Below, in pieces: positions 6,131 through 8,707 of a DNA stretch of 8,707 nucleotides. This stretch comes from a virus. Numbering within the stretch: the stretch's first letter is position 1; every line of letters begins with the position of its first letter. Location: UHGV virus genome UHGV-0140516; one strand, given 5' to 3'. A program made the translations under genes and the position numbers. Under the pieces are notes generated by a model. It saw nothing but the letters and a program-made list of their open reading frames with translations, had not been told where the DNA came from and did not search any database.

Positions 6131-7185
6131 TGACAGGCAAAGCAACGGCACTTAACACTAACCAGCTTTTCGCGTACCTGAATCGTGGGGATATTTCGGA
6201 ATTTAAATTCAGTCCGCTGTTTACGTCGCTGTTTTTCCCGAACGTGGCAACCTTCAACACGCAGGACATCATGTTAGATACCCTGGATATTGAAGAAGTC
6301 ACCATGTCGGCTTTTTGTTCGCCTATGGTGGGGAGTCAGGTTCAGCGCGATAAAGGGTACGAAACAAGCACTATCCGCCCTGGCTACATGAAACCAAAAC
6401 ACGAAATCGATCCATCAAAAACCATCATGCGCATGGCTGGAGAAGATCCGGCACAGCTTAACGATCCAACTTATCGCCGTATGCGCCTGATTACTGGCAA
6501 CATGCGCCGCCAGGTAAACGCTATTAAAGCTCGCATAGAATGGCTGGCGGTGAATGCGGTCACGACCGGAAAAAACATCATTGAGGGCGAAGGAATAAAT
6601 AGATACGAAATCGATTGGAAAATCCCGACTAAAAACATCATTACGCAGGGATCGGGCAAAAAGTGGTCTGAGGCAGATAAGGAAACACACGATCCAATCT
6701 ATGACATCGAACTATACACCGATCAGGCTGGTTGCCCCGCCAACGTCATGATTATGGGCGCTGAGGTATGGCGCACGTTACGCAGCTTTAAAAAATTCCG
6801 TGAACTGTACGATCTTTCCCGTGGTTCAGAATCCGCCGCAGAGCTGGCCTGTAAAAACCTGGGCGAAGTAGTGAGCTTTAAAGGCTATCTGGGTGATCTG
6901 GCCCTTATCGTCTATTCCGGCAAATACACCGACAGCGATGGCACCGAAAAATATTTCCTTGAGCCTGATTTGCTTGTCCTGGGCAACACTAACAATAAAG
7001 GGCTGGTGGCCTATGGTGCGATTATGGATCCGGAAGCGGTAAGAACTGGCGCAACGCAAAACATGTACTACCCGAAAAACTGGATTGAGGATGGCGATCC
7101 GGCGATTGAGTACGTGCAGACGCACAGCGCACCGCAGCCGGTACCGGCAGATATTCGCAAATTTGTTACCGTCAAAATTGCTTAA
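6130..7185 (+). CDS. Major capsid protein, lambda gpE family
   Basis: 351-aa product aligns to lambda gpE over its whole length by eye: KFxPLF...LFF near the N-terminus, PGY(V/M)KPKHE, DP-x-x-L-x-DP-x-YRR-x-R-x-I-x-x-NMR, SYKG / SFKG, VVYSG / IVYSG, LGNT, YPKNW and a C-terminal GDPA. Similar length (351 versus 341 aa). Confidence 0.9.
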   Translation: MTGKATALNTNQLFAYLNRGDISEFKFSPLFTSLFFPNVATFNTQDIMLDTLDIEEVTMSAFCSPMVGSQVQRDKGYETSTIRPGYMKPKHEIDPSKTIMRMAGEDPAQLNDPTYRRMRLITGNMRRQVNAIKARIEWLAVNAVTTGKNIIEGEGINRYEIDWKIPTKNIITQGSGKKWSEADKETHDPIYDIELYTDQAGCPANVMIMGAEVWRTLRSFKKFRELYDLSRGSESAAELACKNLGEVVSFKGYLGDLALIVYSGKYTDSDGTEKYFLEPDLLVLGNTNNKGLVAYGAIMDPEAVRTGATQNMYYPKNWIEDGDPAIEYVQTHSAPQPVPADIRKFVTVKIA

Positions 7186-7196
7186 CGGGGGATTCT

Positions 7197-7532
7197 ATGA
7201 ACACTCCATACATTGAGTTATTTGCAGGCAGTCAGCAGGTATCCACGACGCTGGTACATTTTGCCGCTGATGCTGGAGTTATTCAGGAATTTACCCCGCT
7301 GATGCTGGCGGACAATGGCGAGTTTAAGCCGTGGGATGGTCAGGAATCTGGCAAGGCTGTTTATCTGACCTCGTACCCCGTTGACACGTCGACGCAGAAA
7401 TCAGCACAGTGCTATAAGACGGGGATATTTAATATCGCCGCCGTTAACTGGCCTGAGAGCGTCGACACCGATGCGAAAAAATGCGCCGCCTTTGCGGGTT
7501 CTGGCGTATCCGTTCAGCCACTGGCCCGATAA
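7197..7532 (+). CDS. Head decoration protein, lambda gpD family
   Basis: 111-aa product shares with lambda gpD the motifs TPLML, WDG, YK(S/T)G-x-F, WPE and KK-x-x-AFAG. Near-identical length (111 versus 110 aa). RBS GGGGGA upstream. Confidence 0.8.
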   Translation: MNTPYIELFAGSQQVSTTLVHFAADAGVIQEFTPLMLADNGEFKPWDGQESGKAVYLTSYPVDTSTQKSAQCYKTGIFNIAAVNWPESVDTDAKKCAAFAGSGVSVQPLAR

Positions 7533-7544
7533 GCAGAGGGAACG

Positions 7545-7958
7545 ATGGCAACGAATGAAAGTATCATGACGCTACCGCTGGCGAGTAAATTTAAGGCCGA
7601 AGCGCGGGCAATGGCTGACAGAGGTTTATCAACCTACGAGGCCGTATATCAACTTAACAGCCTGGAAGAGAAGGACAAGCCGCGCTCTGATGCGATTATG
7701 GCGCTTGATGAATCTGGCGACTATCAGCCGCTGTTACGTGCAATGGCAAACGTGCCTTGTATCGATGTTGGTACGGCTAAAAGCATCCTTAGCATGACCA
7801 TAGAGCAGGAACGCCAGAAGGTTGCACCAGAGCTTACCGCAGCCTTTGAAAACTTTATGGACATGCACAGCCCGAAAGCCGTATCAGCTGGTATGGCATA
7901 CGCTGGCAGAAACCCGGGCGATGATGGCGACATCGATCGCATACTGAAAACCATCTGA
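7545..7958 (+). CDS. Hypothetical protein (137 aa) between the decoration gene and cos; function unknown
   Basis: Good RBS (AGAGGGAA 5 nt upstream of the ATG). Followed by a strong terminator. No similarity to lambda FI, FII or W that I can see. Confidence 0.6.
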   Translation: MATNESIMTLPLASKFKAEARAMADRGLSTYEAVYQLNSLEEKDKPRSDAIMALDESGDYQPLLRAMANVPCIDVGTAKSILSMTIEQERQKVAPELTAAFENFMDMHSPKAVSAGMAYAGRNPGDDGDIDRILKTI

Positions 7959-7962
7959 GACA

Positions 7963-7987
7963 AGGCCGGAGAAATCCGGCTTTTTTT
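7963..7987 (+). terminator. Rho-independent terminator ending the head-gene operon
   Basis: Stem GGCCGGA (7964-7970), loop GAAA, stem TCCGGC (7975-7980), then a T7 run (7981-7987). Near-duplicate of the terminator at 5687-5710. Confidence 0.75.
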
Positions 7988-8160
7988 ACGGGTCCTTTCC
8001 GGCATATGAACCCGTTACGGGGCGGCGACCTCGCGGTTTTTCGCTATTTATGAGCTTTTTCAGGGTGGTGGTGGTGGTTTTGTTGTTTGCTCTATCTCCA
8101 TGAATAAAAAGGGAAAGATAACACCAACACACCAACCTGAAACCTTGACCAAGTTGGGAT
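7988..8160 (+). other. cos: Lambda-type cos site: cosQ-like element, cosN with a 12-nt cohesive-end sequence identical to lambda, and a divergent cosB-like region
   Basis: ACGGGTCCTTTCCGG (7988-8002) matches the lambda right-end cosQ region. GTTACG then GGGCGGCGACCT (8020-8031) is the lambda cohesive-end sequence. CGCGGTTTTTCGCTATTTATGA (8032-8053) matches lambda left-end bases 13-35 with about one substitution. Downstream (8054-8160) differs from lambda cosB and contains GGTGGTGGTGGTGG (8065-8078) and the oppositely oriented CACCAACACACCAACC (8123-8138). Confidence 0.85.
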
Positions 8161-8164
8161 ATTG

Positions 8165-8707
8165 ATGAAATCGCACCTGATGAACAAAAAAACCATGGCG
8201 CAAAGCTGCCGGGTAAGTGCTACAGCATTCGACAAGTGGGGAGTGACTCCCGTTGAACGTAAAGGCCGTGAGGCGTTTTATGATGTTGCCAGCGTGATAG
8301 ACAATAGGGTTAACAATGCAATTAGCCAGCTTACAAACGACAAAGGCGAGATTGATGATGATGAACTCTTACGAGTCAGGATCAGATTACTGACAGCACA
8401 GGCGGAGGCGCAGGAACTTAAAAACGAGCGCGATCGCGGTGACGTGATTGATACAGAGTTTTGCATGTACGCCCTTTCAAAACTGGCGAGTCAGATTTCA
8501 TCAATCATGGACAGCCTCCCGCTTACTATGCAAAGGAGCTTCCCACAGATGACCCCCGTCATGCTGGATGGCCTGAAAAAAGAAGTTGTCAGAGCCTGTA
8601 ACGCATGCACAAAACTTGATGAAAACATCCCGCGAATGCTGTCCGATTATCTGATGGAAACTACCGGAAATGTGCCTGATAAGTTTCAGCCGGATAAAGA
8701 CAAGTAA
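8165..8707 (+). CDS. Terminase small subunit, lambda Nu1 family
   Basis: Lambda Nu1 LTRAQADAQELKNARDSAEVVETAFCTFVLSRIAGEIASILDGLPLSVQRRFPE...LDELIPGLLSEY aligns with LTAQAEAQELKNERDRGDVIDTEFCMYALSKLASQISSIMDSLPLTMQRSFPQ...LDENIPRMLSDY. The N-terminal NKK...wHTH region is more divergent. First ATG is at 8165; the track start at 8162 is TTG; the ATG at 8180 matches the Nu1 N-terminus better. Position just downstream of cos, as in lambda. Confidence 0.85.
   Translation: MKSHLMNKKTMAQSCRVSATAFDKWGVTPVERKGREAFYDVASVIDNRVNNAISQLTNDKGEIDDDELLRVRIRLLTAQAEAQELKNERDRGDVIDTEFCMYALSKLASQISSIMDSLPLTMQRSFPQMTPVMLDGLKKEVVRACNACTKLDENIPRMLSDYLMETTGNVPDKFQPDKDK

Larger units (their letters stand above)
1..8707. 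mobile_element. Integrated phage-satellite-like island (partial; neither boundary nor att site inside the window)
   Basis: Co-linear integrase, AlpA-like regulator, P4-alpha-like primase, TGTTCACC iterons, lambda E/D/Nu1 homologs and a lambda-like cos, all in one orientation with tight gene spacing. No att repeats visible in the window. Confidence 0.75.

Noticed and set aside
6415-7125. Minus-strand ORFs inside the capsid gene (6415..6690, 6471..6659, 6826..7125)
   Set aside because: Embedded in the strongly supported gpE-like frame; these are shadow ORFs.
8065-8078. (GGT)n tract as a simple microsatellite or slipped-strand contingency repeat
   Set aside because: Only about four units, located in the non-coding cosB-like region with an inverted related motif at 8123-8138. 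A protein-binding site is more plausible than a phase-variation tract.

Overview
The window reads as one contiguous piece of an integrated phage-satellite-like island, with both ends outside the window. All calls are by eye from the sequence and the ORF track; no database search or structure prediction was run, so family names rest on motif-level recall and should be confirmed. Left to right: (i) the 3' part of a P4-type tyrosine integrase; (ii) an AT-rich intergenic region with periodic direct repeats, then a small AlpA-type regulator; (iii) a divergent regulatory node with a minus-strand Arc-like ribbon-helix-helix gene facing a plus-strand promoter that overlaps a 13-bp inverted repeat; (iv) a translationally coupled operon of three small unknown ORFs and a P4-alpha-like primase/helicase with a GPGGSGKS Walker A motif; (v) directly after the primase stop, an array of at least nine TGTTCACC octamers in both orientations with AT-rich spacers, matching the P4 alpha-binding iterons of ori/crr; (vi) a small ORF coupled to an SSB-family protein ending in the DNIPF tip, then tandem terminators; (vii) a morphogenesis module with homologs of lambda major capsid protein E and decoration protein D (order E then D, opposite to lambda) and a 137-aa unknown protein; (viii) a lambda-type cos site with cosQ-like and cosN sequences nearly identical to lambda but a different cosB-like region; (ix) a Nu1-like small terminase subunit. 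The main finding is this chimeric architecture: a P4-type replicon joined to lambda-type packaging signals and capsid genes, consistent with a capsid-forming satellite that exploits lambdoid helper phages. No tRNA, rRNA, CRISPR array or IS element was recognised.
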